The position numbers and the translations under genes are program-made. The notes under the pieces are model-generated. The model was not told where the DNA came from. It searched no databases and worked only from the letters and a program-made list of their open reading frames with translations. From positions 1-33,084 of the forward strand of contig JAVECL010000247.1 in NCBI GenBank assembly GCA_051942245.1: a stretch of 33,084 bases of DNA, written 5' to 3'. Shown in pieces: positions 10,401 to 22,131 of the stretch. Every line of letters starts with the position of its first letter. The stretch's first letter is position 1. The stretch is from Trypethelium eluteriae. Its lineage: Eukaryota.

Positions 10401-11165
10401 CGAAATACCTGGTCTGATTAGGAAGGGAGCGTTCTGGCTAGGGTAGCAGAAGCTCTTTCAACTCACGATATCCTTGAAGGGCAGCTCAGGAACAGTTTCA
10501 TCAGCTTCACTGATTTTGGGGGAGAGCGCCTCCGCAAAACTCTTGAAATCTCGTTCTGCTTGGCGAAATTCAGGGTCGTTCATTTTAAGCCACTCCCGGT
10601 CATTGTTCTCCTTCAGATCCTTCAAAAAGAGCAACGTGTTTGGATGAATGCTGTCGTCCGTATACGGGGTATCTCCAGCCTGTCTTGGTTTGGGCTTCTT
10701 TATAACGACTTGATTGCCAGGACCCAAGCCTGCTTTGACTCCTTGCCTCCATAACTCCTTGCCATTTGCGCCTTTGGGGGCTCCACCTAGCTGATTCTTT
10801 TGACCTCTTCCTTTCGCCCGCTTCTTAGTCTTCGTATCGTCGCTAGTAGAGTAATCTTCATCGACGTCATCCGAGTCAGATGGAGAGGGGATGACACTCT
10901 CGTCCTCATCCTCGTATCCAGATCCCTCCTCCGCAACAGAAGTCTCAGGCTCAGAAAGCTCATCCTCTGCAGTCACTTCGTCCTGCTCCTCATGTTGAAA
11001 GTGTTGGCTCTTCTTAGGCGTCACTTTGACCTTGGGAGTCTGATCGCTAGCTTTCGCACGCTTTGACCGGCGGATCGGAGTAGAAGTGGCTCCCGAAGCT
11101 CTTTTGCGAGACGAGGTGGGTGGTGTCGTGTTAGCGGATGCTTTTCGTGGTCTCCCTCGAGGCAT
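7478..11165 (-). CDS. DUF2461 (TIGR02453-like) family protein with N-terminal AT-hook-like/acidic region; 7 exons
   Basis: Exons 11165-10467, 10408-10355, 10290-10271, 10222-10152, 9288-9086, 8379-8239 and 7615-7478. All introns are GT..AG with CTRAY branch sites and the frame is preserved. The joined protein has FLKDLKENNDREW, VFRIYRDIRFSPDPTPYKTHFSAAWSRTGRKGPYAAYY, VGGGLWMP, ALKTKPKGYEADHPNIELLKLKNF and PFITYLN, which match my recall of DUF2461. Confidence 0.9.
7616..8238 (-). other. DUF2461 intron 6, 623 nt, structured
   Basis: GTAAGT donor at 8238, CTGAC branch and TAG acceptor at 7616. Two long imperfect hairpins at 8094-7987 and 7940-7824. Confidence 0.8.
8380..9085 (-). other. DUF2461 intron 5, 706 nt, structured
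   Basis: GTAAGC donor at 9085, TACTAAC branch near 8400 and CAG acceptor at 8380. Several hairpins. Confidence 0.8.
9289..10151 (-). other. DUF2461 intron 4, 863 nt, structured
   Basis: GTAAGA donor at 10151, CTGAC branch and CAG acceptor at 9289. Splicing restores FV-G-GGLW. Multiple stems. Confidence 0.8.
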
Positions 11166-11403
11166 TTCGTATATGCAATTGCTGTGAATTGGGCAAAAAT
11201 TAGATCTGATGAGTCTCTTGAAGTCCCGTAAAATTCCAGCCAAGCGGATAGCAGCAGATCTCACGCGTTCGTGGGGGTGCGGACTGCACCCAACAGCCTG
11301 GTCGTGGCTGAAACTCGATCGGACATGTCTCCGATCTCTCTTCTCCATCCTTCACCCACCGTGCCACCTTGGGGTTAAACTTGGGAGAACACACTCACAA
11401 ACC

Positions 11404-12446
11404 ATGTCAAGGCCACGCGCCTTTGCAACCAGAAAGAACCAAATCATGCACAAGCTTGGGGTGGATAGTTCTAGTTACTCGGACAAGTCACCCAAAGGTA
11501 GTGTGGATGAGCAAATCGTCGACCTCATCCAAGACATAAATGCCATTGATGGCCTTGTTACAACCAGCAGCTGCGCGGGGAGGATCAGTGTCTTCTTGGA
11601 CAGTCTTAATCGCATGCAAAGTGCCCAAAAGCCTCAAAAAGATGCACATGAAAATAGCATAGAAGACATCAACCAGGAACGTGGACGATGGCTTTTCTCA
11701 TCTCATACACCTCTTGATATACAACATGCGCCAACAGAAACCCCTGAAATCATGACACTGTTTAGCCTCCACCGGCTGGAGCAAAAAGGCGAAAATGATA
11801 ATATTCTTTCAAGCGCCGAGTCGATCTCTCGTCGTCGGTGTATCCATTTTAAATTCGAACCAATGGTACAAAAGCTCCAATCCAAGAACTTCGACATCAA
11901 GGATTCGCCTGGCACTAACGCCTTTAAATACAGATCCTTCACATTGCCACAGCATCTTTGGAGGATACACAGAAAGTTCTGACTACAGCAATCAGTGCCG
12001 GGTTCCGTGAAAGTGGAGCTGTCAATTTCGACTTGGGACCAGATGGAACGATCGCGCCAATGGTTGCCGTAAGATCAACAGGACTGGCATCTGATACCGT
12101 CATAGGCTATCAAGATTCTTCAGGACTTCCTTTGAGCATAGTAGACGAAAGTTATTTACGCGCCTTGGTGAGCGTTGCCAATGATCGCTTTCTTGTGAAT
12201 CAAGAGCGAATAGACAGATTCAGATCCGCTCTAAAGGACAAATACAACGATTCGGCCCATGGGACCAAACGGTCCTCCAATCGGGAGAATCGTGCATTAA
12301 GAAAGGATATGAAACGCGCTGAAGGCCTTCGGCGACAAATGATGGAGCGTAGAACGAGAGCACACGAAGCAACTGGCTTCCAGACTAATGCTATAGACAA
12401 AGAGGAATACTCTTCTCTCGAATATGGCCTTGGCTTGCCCGAATGA
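11404..12446 (+). CDS. TYW3: tRNA wybutosine-synthesizing methyltransferase Tyw3; 2 exons
   Basis: Exons 11404-11865 and 11934-12446 (intron GTACAA..ACTAAC..CAG). Motifs DKSPKGSVD, VTTSSCAGRISVF, HFKFEPM|ILHI, AGFRESG and MVAVRS. Confidence 0.93.
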
Positions 12447-12521
12447 GCTCGAGCACGACTCTTATGGCGAGTAGTTCCGGTGAATAGTTCTATTCAAATA
12501 TACCGGACCTATGGATCCTGT

Positions 12522-14610
12522 CTACGCGTCTAATCTTAGGCCTCCTAGCAGTTTATCTATTTTGCCTAGCAGGATCGAATAGTTGACCGCATCCTGCGCA
12601 AACTCATCGCCGGCAATCTCACCGTCTAAAGTTCTGACAGCGCCCCCTCCGAGTTCAGGAGCGTAGAGCTGGTCATCCTCGCTTGCCCGCGCAGTATTGG
12701 ACGTTGCTACATCGATACCTTCGTTCGCGGCTGGAAGCTGCCCAAGCTCGGCCATGGGCTTGACGTCCCCCAGTCCAAAATCAATGCCCTGCTCGTTTTC
12801 ACGGGTGGCTATAGCAAGTTCTTCGCTTTCATCCATCATCTCCTCGATACCGGCGTCTTCGAAACGCAGACGAAAGCGTTCAGAGAGATAGTAACGAATG
12901 CTACAAAAGCGTCAGCGAGTCCTTGTCCCTCAGCTTGGATCGAATCATACTCGTCAATTAATTCGACGGTGTCCGTCTCTTGTCGTGCCTTCACCCTGTT
13001 TGCACTTTCCTTTACCAAATCCGCGAATTCCTCCTTGTCAATATACCTCTCCAATCTATACGCTATATACCTTGCACCGAATTCTTCTAGCCTTTGTACT
13101 CTAGTATCCCAACCAGCGCGGACAACATCATAAATGTCTATTATATCCTCTAGATCCGTCTCTCCTCTCGGATTCTCTGACTCGACTATACTTGCGGCGC
13201 CATTGCCGAGTGTGCTGACAATCTGAGCCGCTCTCTGCTTGAGTTTCTCGATAAGCAACATATCTGCAGCGAATAAGACGTCGATGGCTATTTCCAGGGG
13301 AAAATCGGCGCGCTCGGCGTACAGAAAGCGCAGAACCACTTCAAGAACGCTAGGCGGGCAATCTATGGGCACTATTTGTAGGTGAAGAGTCTCCTGGGCC
13401 TCGCGGAACTCAGAGGAGAACATGGTAGAGAAGTACTCAGAGCGAAGTAGCATGGCACGATGAACTGGGAAAAGGACAGATTTTCGAGACTTCCGGGATC
13501 GCGAGGGTGAACGCGATCCATTAGAGGTAGGCCCAATTGGAATTCCATTGACTGGACCTAGCGTGTTTCGTATCGTAGGTTCCGACGTTTGCTCTGTCTG
13601 CTCTTCTACGTCCTCATCGGCACGTAACAGAACATCCGCGAATATTCCGTTCTCCCTGTCCCATCTGACTTCATCCGCTTTCCTTGTATCGATGTCGACC
13701 TTGTGTTTCAGTACATTGTCATTGAACCATATCTCAAGCTGGTTTCTACCACGGTTGACTTCATCCATTCTCCGTTGACGTGCGAGTCTTCGATCGCCGC
13801 CTTCCATGATGCCCTCAAACAGCCTCTCGATTTCTAACTGCTGGCTCAGCTTTCCTATCCCCGAAAGTATCGCCTGCTCTTCTTCGCCATCACCTAGATC
13901 CGCAGATACTTCTCCTAGATAGAGGTACCGTATTGCCACGTCAAATGATTGTGTTGGAACACTATTTGACAATCTCCACGATGTCGATTCGGGCGCAGTA
14001 GAGAGCTTCTTCGCAAAGTATGGCGATCGTGCCGAAAGGATAAATTTATGTAGACGAAACGAATGATCCGCGGTGAGTAAGGTGATGTCCGAAGTGAGAG
14101 GATGCTCACGAGCGAGTAAGGACGTCACATGGCCTGCCAGCGGCTGGAGAGGATCGGAGGTCTTGGAATAGTCGTAAGACAGCAATAGATTTCGTATTCG
14201 GTCGTTCAGCGCATTATACAAACATCGCTCTCCTTGGAAAGTGTCTCTTTCGCAGAGCGCGCCAGACTCCAAGAGCAATTGTACGACCTCATAGTGGCCA
14301 CAGAGGCTAGCCTTGGAGTACAACAGTCAGCGATTATTGGAAACGGGTCGACCGAGTTCTCACGCAAATAAGAACGCGTGGTACTCACCAATATCAAAGG
14401 TGTGTAATTGAAACGGTCACTGGCGTTGATATTCACACCTTCAATGATCTTTTCTTGGCAGACCTTCAAGTCTCCTCTTCTGCATGCTTCACAAAATACT
14501 CGGAAACTTTCGCTGACGTCAAGAGGATTCTCTTCTTTAAGACGGCCAGCACTTATCTCCTGTCTTTCGACATGGAGGGCTTTTTCGATCTCATGCTTTC
14601 CCACTACCAT
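12522..14610 (-). CDS. Ankyrin-repeat and tandem BTB/POZ protein (Btb3/ABTB1-like Cul3 adaptor); 3 exons
   Basis: Exons 14610-14389, 14311-12951 and 12900-12522. Ankyrin motifs ACRRGDL, GVNIN and YTPLIL|ASLCGHYEVVQLLLESGA. BTB motifs SDITL..LHKFILSARSPYF and FADVLL..VHRAMLLRSEYF. The start is uncertain because an in-frame upstream ATG exists at 14730. Confidence 0.9.
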
Positions 14611-15018
14611 GCTCTGCACGAAGTCAAGGCTCAATCGAACTTGACGACAGTGGACGGGAAAGGGAAACACGTCTCTGTCAATTACAATTGATGACTCGGG
14701 AGTGGCGTCGGCGTGAGTGCCGGAGGTCATGTCCGATGTGATCTTATCAGATTGAGCAGGGTCACTCAATCGTTGCTGGGCAACCAGCCACAATCACAAA
14801 CGCTCGTATCCCGATGCGCGCATTTCACCACCTCATTGCACTAATAGCCATTCGTAAAATGCCTAACCACCCTCCAAGTACCTGATACCGCACGCCTCTT
14901 TGTACACAACGATGTATCGTTGCTAATATAGCCCCCTCTTATCATACCTTTTCCCACCACCGATTACACCTCGAATCTATCTACTCGGCAGAACTTGCGC
15001 TTTCAGATCAGATTTATC

Positions 15019-17717
15019 ATGGCTTCCGATGAGGAGAGGTATCAGCTTAAGGAGATAATAGGTTTGCAAATGGCACATTGACTTGATGAGGACTGCGCTG
15101 ACTTGGGCTCAGGGCATGGCTCCTTCGGCATCATTCGAAAGTGTTTGAGAGTAGCTGACAGCAAGGTATAACACCTCGACCTGCTTGCAAAGGATCCAGC
15201 GAGGAAGACTGACTGTCACTGTCCAGATAATATGTCGCAAAGAAATCAATTATTCCAAGATGTCTCAAAAGGAAAAGGAACAGCTCCAAGCGGAGCTATC
15301 TATCCTCAGGGGATTGCATCATCCGAACATTGTGGAATACTTCGAGCGAGAGCATAAGAAAGAAACGGCAGACTTGAACATCTATATGGAATACTGTGGC
15401 AATGGCGACCTCGGGAAGCACATTAAAAACCTCAAGCTTAGGAACCAGTATGCCCCTGAGGAGTTTGTTTGGAGTATATTCTCTCAGCTAGTCGACGCTT
15501 TGTACCGCTGCCACTACGGTGAGAACCCGCCAGAGGCCGGTACAAACTTGATGGGACTTGGTGAAGATGCCAAACCGAAAATAAAAAGCAAGCAGCAACC
15601 GTATATGATCTTGCATCGTGACTTGAAGCCAGAAAATGGTAGGCGACTTGATTCCAGACTTACCTATCATATGTGATACCGCCATGGCTGACTCGATCAT
15701 AGTCTTCCTTGGTGCAGACAACAGTGTCAAGCTTGGAGACTTTGGCCTTTCCAAGATCATGTCGTCGCATGACTTCGCCTCCACCTATGTTGGCACCCCC
15801 TTCTACATGTCGCCTGAGATCTGCGCATCCGAGCGCTATACACTTTTTTCAGATATCTGGGGTCTAGGCTGCATAATGTACGAGCTCTGTACCAAGGAGC
15901 CCCCTTTCAATGCCCGCTCACATTTGGAGCTCATCCAGAAAATTAAATTGGGGAAGTTCACTCCCCTACCAAGCTTCTACAGTCAAGAACTGCAGAATGT
16001 TATCAGCAGTTGTTTGAAGGTGAACCCCAATCACCGTCCAGATACGGCACATTTGCTGAATTTGCCCATCGTAAAATTGATGAGGAAAGCTCAGGAAGTC
16101 ACAAGAATAGGGTCAAAGGCCGTGCTAGAGAAAGAAGAAGCATTTAAGACATTGGAAGAAATAAAGACAAAGATGTTGGAAATAGAGGAGAATAAGACCA
16201 AGTTGCACGACGAGATGGACGGTGCTTTGAGGAGGCGATGGGAAGTCAAGGCTCATCTGGAAATTGACCGACGCGTCGCCCTTGCGCTTCAAGAATTGCG
16301 AAAGGGTTTTGACGAGGAGGTTAACAAGCGAGTGGCTAGGGAGCTCGAGCGCAGACTCGCATCAACAGAGCAGAAGGAACAGGATTCCAGCAATCCGTCC
16401 TGGAGGATTGGAGACAGCAGCAACACAGCGCCATCATCCAGCCCACTCTCCTCAACGCCAGAGCTTAAAACTCATATCAGCCATCCTACCGTATCCCAAG
16501 GCACAGCAGCGTCAGCGGATGATGACTTCCCCTCCTCCACTGACATATCATCATTATCCCTCGACTCACCAATCCAGTCGAAAGCGAGTTCCTCGGCGAC
16601 ATCGAACCCTACAAATCTTCAAGCGTGCAGGCCGACCAAACGATCGAGCCGCACACCTCTGACACGGGCGCAAACGATGATTGAAGCGCCTTCAGGACTT
16701 GCCGCCTTCCCCTCGCCTGCTGATATTGAAATGGCCGAGCCAAGCCCAATGTCCATCGAGGGTCTTAGTCTCTCTCCACGTCGCACCGGTGTGGTGGGCA
16801 TCCTCCCAGCACCCGAGCCACCCAAACGCCATGGCAACATCTTCAGCAAAGCAGCCGCAGCATCTCGCCATCTCGAACCAATCTCCGCCGATTCGGATTC
16901 GGACGACTCGGACGCAGCCCTGAGTCCCACTCCAGCGAATGCGTCCCGCCCGTCCAGTTCTGCGAAGGGCAGCATCCGCAACGACCACACCACTGACATC
17001 TCCTCCGACGAAGAAGAGCACGACGGCCTCTCCGACATCCTTACTCCCTCTCGCCCCGCGGCAGGCCCCACGACAAACCTCGCCCGTACTCATCTCACAT
17101 CGGTGCTTCCCCCCTCAACTGCGACCTCTGGCGACCCCTTCAAGCCAGTCTCGCGTTCGCGTCCTGGTCTCATAAGGCAGAGGACAATCGCTGCACCGCA
17201 GCGCACCACCGCCGGCAACGCGCCGGGCATTTTTGAGGCGGCCCCTTCTAAGGCAGCCGCGACGCGTCCCGTATCGGGTGTGCCTGTGGTTGCGACCAGT
17301 CCATCGAGGCCGAGGACATTGGCGGCTGGCGCAGGAAGCAGTGACCATGGCAGTCCGATGCGCCGTGCTGGGAATCAACAGCCAGTGCAGCAGCAGCAGC
17401 AGCACCCGCAGCAAGGGAAGAAGAAGCACCAGCAGGATACGGAGGAGCTGGTGCGGCGCGTTCACCGGCATAATCTGCATGGGAGGACGCTGGTGGAGTT
17501 GGCGCAGGAGAGAGTGGCGCCGACTGCGAAAACAGCAGCGAGCAAGGAACGGGAGAAGGAGAAGGAGGACCAGCAGCGCCCGACCGGGCCATTGATAGAG
17601 GAGAAGAAGCCGCATTTGCCGGCTGTATGGGATCCGGAGCGAGATGAAATGCCAAGTCCCTTCCTCGTTCGTGGACAGAAACCAGTGATGGCGATTGGGA
17701 AAGCGGCGTGGCGGTGA
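15019..17717 (+). CDS. nimA: NIMA/NEK family G2-specific Ser/Thr protein kinase; 4 exons
   Basis: Exons 15019-15061, 15113-15165, 15227-15638 and 15703-17717. Motifs GHGSFG, CRKEINY, HPNIV, HRDLKPEN, KLGDFGLSK and FASTYVGTPFYMSPE, then a coiled coil, an S/P-rich tail, GRTLVELAQ and WDPERDEMPSPFL typical of fungal NIMA. Confidence 0.95.
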
Positions 17718-17766
17718 ATTAGTGGAGGCCTTTCCTGCTTCGGCCTTGAGCCTTGTCTCTGGGATC

Positions 17767-17782
17767 TTTTTTTTTTTTTTTT
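17767..17782. repeat. poly(T) tract downstream of the nimA stop
   Basis: Homopolymer run seen directly. Confidence 0.85.
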
Positions 17783-18292
17783 GGCTTTGCGTTTCTGGAT
17801 AAAGCTACACGTGAGCTTTTGGACTTTGGATAGCGTAACTTGGACGGCATGGCGCCAGGGCGTAGTAGGGGTTGATGCCTACCCATCTTATGCATAGCGA
17901 GCGTGATGAACGATGCTGTTGGTGAAGCTGCATGTCTCTGCATTTGTTTCCAATTAAGTCCAGCGACTTGGCCGGTTTATCACTGCATATTGACTCTCTT
18001 CTCGATTGTAAATAGTAGAAAGCGCGAAGCGAAGGGGTATCACCTTACTTCTCAGTCAGAACGCGTAGTGCAATGCATCATCTTCATCACACCTACGCCT
18101 GGTAGCCCCACCTTGGCGATAATTCGCAGTGCAGCCATCTTTCCATCACAGACCTGGCGGCTATATAATGAGCCTGGATCCTCTTCCAGTTCTACCTCTC
18201 CATGATTAAGCGCTAAGTATCTGCAAGCGCCCAGAGAGGACCGCGGTCTTCTCCCCCTCACAGGATAAGTACATCCTGTTCAAGAGCCAGTG

Positions 18293-20041
18293 ATGGCAGT
18301 TTGCTAATCTTGTGTGCAGAGAAGCAGACTATAAGCACGCGCAAAGCGAAACCACCCGAAGTCCGTAGAAGTGCGCGCCTGAAAGTATCCTCACAACTTA
18401 AGGGTAGGAGCAGAAGAAAGCGACCGGAAATGGCTTATCATCGGCCAATAAAGCTTTGCGGGATTAAGTGGTAGGTATCTCTCTGGTTATGCTGGCTACC
18501 TACTGATTATGACTATGTTCCAGCAATCCAGTACTTCCATTAAGTCTTCCTTAAAACAAAAAAGAGGCCAAGAGGCTTCTTATCTCTCCCTTCCAGCCCA
18601 AGATTCACTACCTTTAAAGCGGCCTTCAAGGTCGACTCGACACATGGCAGAGGGACGACTATAAAAGACTGAAAAGCATATTGGCATAAGTGTTGACAAC
18701 CTGCTTTAGAGCTGGGTACAGAACAGGACGTGGCCTCCTGAGTACTTTGAAGCAGATGACCGCGCGCGAGAAGAGCTTCTGGAACACAATAGCTGGCTAG
18801 AAGAGATTATGGCACAGCCACCTATTCCGGACGTCTAATATATGGAAAGAAATGGATTTAGATATCCACTGCCTATTAAAAAGGCTCGCGTATCGCTTTG
18901 TTAAAAGCAATCAGATTTGACTCTGACCGGATTTAGTGACTAGGAGAGGGAAAGCAAGAGCGCGCCATATCAAGATTTACGTTATACTATGATGCTTGAA
19001 ACCAAAGGCAGTTTCTTACGTGACTTCAACCACAAAATCCCTTAGGCTATCACAGACATGTGTCACCAGCTGCTTGATAAAGACCAGATTGTGCCTCAGA
19101 ACTCCTTGTTCCGCGATGACCTTTTCGGCAGACTTTGCTGGAAAATACAAGAAAGGAACGAAGCGATGATCATTCAAGACGTCAGTCGCTTAATTGTTCT
19201 GTCGGCGATGAATTTAGCAATTTACGGTGACACACATCTTGATATTTTGACAGAGAGTGTTAATAAAGCCTGGATAAGTAGCATTCCAGTGGAGGGTCCT
19301 AGGCCACAACCGGACTTTACCGTCGGGTTCAACCAATCCTTATTCATGATGGAACAGCTGAAAAAGCTCGATCCACTTACTGACAGTGTCTTTGATACCT
19401 CGTTTTTTGTTGCAACCTACCGGATGTATTTTCCGTTTCTCACCTGCGAAGTTAAGTGCGGCACTGTGGCGCTTGATGTTGCCAACCGACAGAATGCCCA
19501 TAGCATGATAATTGCTGTGAGAAGCATTGTTGAGCTCTACAAAGCCGTAAAGCGAGAAAAAGAGCTTAACCAAGGGATCCTCGCCTTTTCTGTCTCGCAT
19601 GATTACTGATTAGTTTGTATCTACAGTCACTATCCTGTTATTGATAGAGAAAAAGTCACATTCTACCGGCATTTAATTCATAAATTCAGCTTTGATGAAA
19701 TAAATGGAAGAAAGAAATGGACAACTTTTAAGTTCATCAAAAACGTCTATAATATTTGGATGCCGACTCACCTCAAACAAATGTGCGAAGCTGTTGAGCA
19801 ACTACTACTAAACCTTGACTTTCAAGTCTCTGAAAGGTCTGAAGTGCAATCTGAGGCGGCAACTGGTCTATCACAAGACATGGAGAGCCTTTTTTCGGAC
19901 CCAAATAATATCGACCTTGTTTCGCAGGCAGATGATAAGCTGAATCATATTCCGCAAACAGCTACCCCAGACACCTTGGTTTCCAAAGGAGTGGGCCAAG
20001 GGGCAGCCAAAAGGGCGAAGAAACCCCGACTCACGAAGTAG
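18293..20041 (+). pseudogene. RIP-inactivated PD-(D/E)xK-like fungal protein (family I recall as DUF7924)
   Basis: A single frame runs 18524-20041 with RNEA, PRPQPDFTVGF, YFPFLTCEVKCG, LDVANRQNAHS and AFSVSHD. It is broken by stops at 18662, 18707, 18836, 18902, 18941, 19043 and 19607, each one C>T away from CAA/CAG/CGA. Putative intron ~18471-18523. The 5' boundary is approximate. Confidence 0.8.
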
Positions 20042-20049
20042 CGGATGGT

Positions 20050-20615
20050 TTGTTGCACAGAATATCTTCAGCCCTCAAGGAGTTCTGGGTCGGAAGTGAC
20101 AGTGGCAAAGATGAATGGACATCCTATCAATTCACGCTGAATTTCTGTCAGATGTTTGCCTTACCACTCGTCGAACGCCTCAAGGCTGTGATTAACGAGT
20201 TATCTGATCCAATTTCTCAATCATCGGAGCTGGCCGCCACCTTCGACGACGTTAGTGTGCAAGGCTCGTAGGATGATTTAAGCATACCGGCATTTTAGGA
20301 TGAGAACTTTAAGAAGCCACGCAACGTCAGGGGTCTAAACGCGGAGCTGCGAAACACGATACAGATGTTGCAGCGACAAGTGGAGCGTCAGGCCGAGGAT
20401 GCAGATTGACAGCAACACGAGGCGAAAGAGAGACACTGTTATTGGCGCAACTCGAGCAGCAACAGGAGAAGTCAGAGCAGCAGCTGAACAAGCTCGTGGG
20501 AATGCCGAAAGACTAAGGAGAGGAAATCAAAGGGCAAAGAGCACAAATCGAAGGACTCTTGCCAAGAGCACACTCCGCGCAACAGGGTACCAATTCGAAT
20601 ATAGCTGATCGTTAG
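20050..20615 (+). pseudogene. C-terminal fragment of a second, divergent paralog of the same family, with coiled-coil tail
   Basis: SDSGKDEWTSYQFTLNF..ERLKAVINEL parallels the upstream copy's EINGRKKWTTFKFIKNV..KQMCEAVEQL. It has in-frame stops, a frameshift near 20430 and a Q/E-rich tail. Confidence 0.6.
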
Positions 20616-22131
20616 TTATAAGCCGAAGAGCCAGATCGTGGCGAAATGTAGCCTAGAGCCTCTTAAGTCCTTTAAGTAATCATCAGCGCAAAAGAATAGG
20701 CATACTTGCTTTATAAAGACATTTCTTTAACAGCCTAACAGTCAGCCAGTTGTCAAGGGATAAGATAACAAAGCGATTTCCTCCAACAATAATTGCGCTA
20801 GTGCCTAATGCTCTAGAATTTGGGCGCAAAAGACCAAGAACTTTCACTCAACCAAGAGCACGATTATGCAGCTGCGAAGTCAACTGCAACTCATCTTAGG
20901 TACAAGTAGCTTATTTACCCACTCACCAACATCAAATAGCAATACTCTATCCGCCCATATTGTCTTTCCTACCGCAGTGTCGTTGCATGGTCTCGGAGGG
21001 TTCCCGTTTCGGCACCCCTAAGTCCCAAAACTGGACACCCTCACAAGCCATCTAAAGTTGGCCAAAGTAATACAACAGAACTCAGCGCTCACAAACCATC
21101 GCCATTAACTCATCAGGGAGATGCAGGCGAAGGTGCCTAAGCTAAGGGTAAACGGGTTGAAGGGGGCGTGAAGAGTGGGTGAATAATACCTACACTAGGG
21201 CGGCAAGGGCGACTAACCGAAACGGGCATATCAAAAAAAGATGTTGTCTCCGAATACCTAGGTAGGTAGGTATTCATAGGTGGGTAGGTACCTTATCTAT
21301 CCATCATTCAGTCCTTGCTTTCATGGCTCGTGACAATCGAGCTTTTGGAATACAACCTTATATCTCGACTTAGTCTAACGGGGCAGAGATGTACAGTCTT
21401 GTACACAGAGTATCTGTCACCACTATTATGACAGACGAGGCACACGGGTATGTCTCTACGAGATCTCGTTATCCGCTAGTGCTAGACTGCGTATCATTAG
21501 GTGATAGCAGTGAAGTCTAGGCTAGCTAGAGTCATCACGGTATAGCCTGTGCCCCGAACATCGTCCGGACCTCATGCATGCCTGCCAGGTCAGAAGGGGC
21601 GCGTTCATCGTGGAGAAAACAAAGGAAAACGTGCTGATGTGTGCTGGGGCAATAGAGAAGACAAAGCCCATCCACCATACCCTCCGGACTTCGGCTAAGT
21701 CAAGCCGTGAATGAGGGCCTCCTCCATATCTCATGTGGTGTTGCACCGCCTTGTTGTATCAAATCAAGAAACCTAGTAAAGAAAAGAAAAGAAAAGCAAA
21801 GCAGAGGGGGTCAAATGAGTGTGGGTGGGTCGGTTCAATTTCCAGCTTGTGTCAGATCACCCAAGTCTCATGTGTCAATACATGTTCTTGTCCCCGACGC
21901 TCTTTAGTCGATAGATCATCGTCTAGAATGGCTTCTCTCAATAGCTCGTGAAGACCTGAGTCACCACATTCATCCTTGTTCCGTGTATCATAGCATCATT
22001 AATTCGTGTCCATCATGCTCCAGTCAGACGTGCAGTCATTCTGAATTGTAGAACAGATTGTGTGGATCAGTTTCCGAGGACGCTGAGGCATCACACCCGA
22101 TCTTGACATTCTGTCGTAAACGTTCTGCCAT

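Noticed and set aside
16264..17655. Many overlapping ORFs over the nimA tail
   Set aside because: They are alternative-frame and antisense shadows of a GC-rich coding region.
21254..21295. TAGG/TACC repeats and palindrome
   Set aside because: This is a common low-complexity motif of fungal intergenic DNA.
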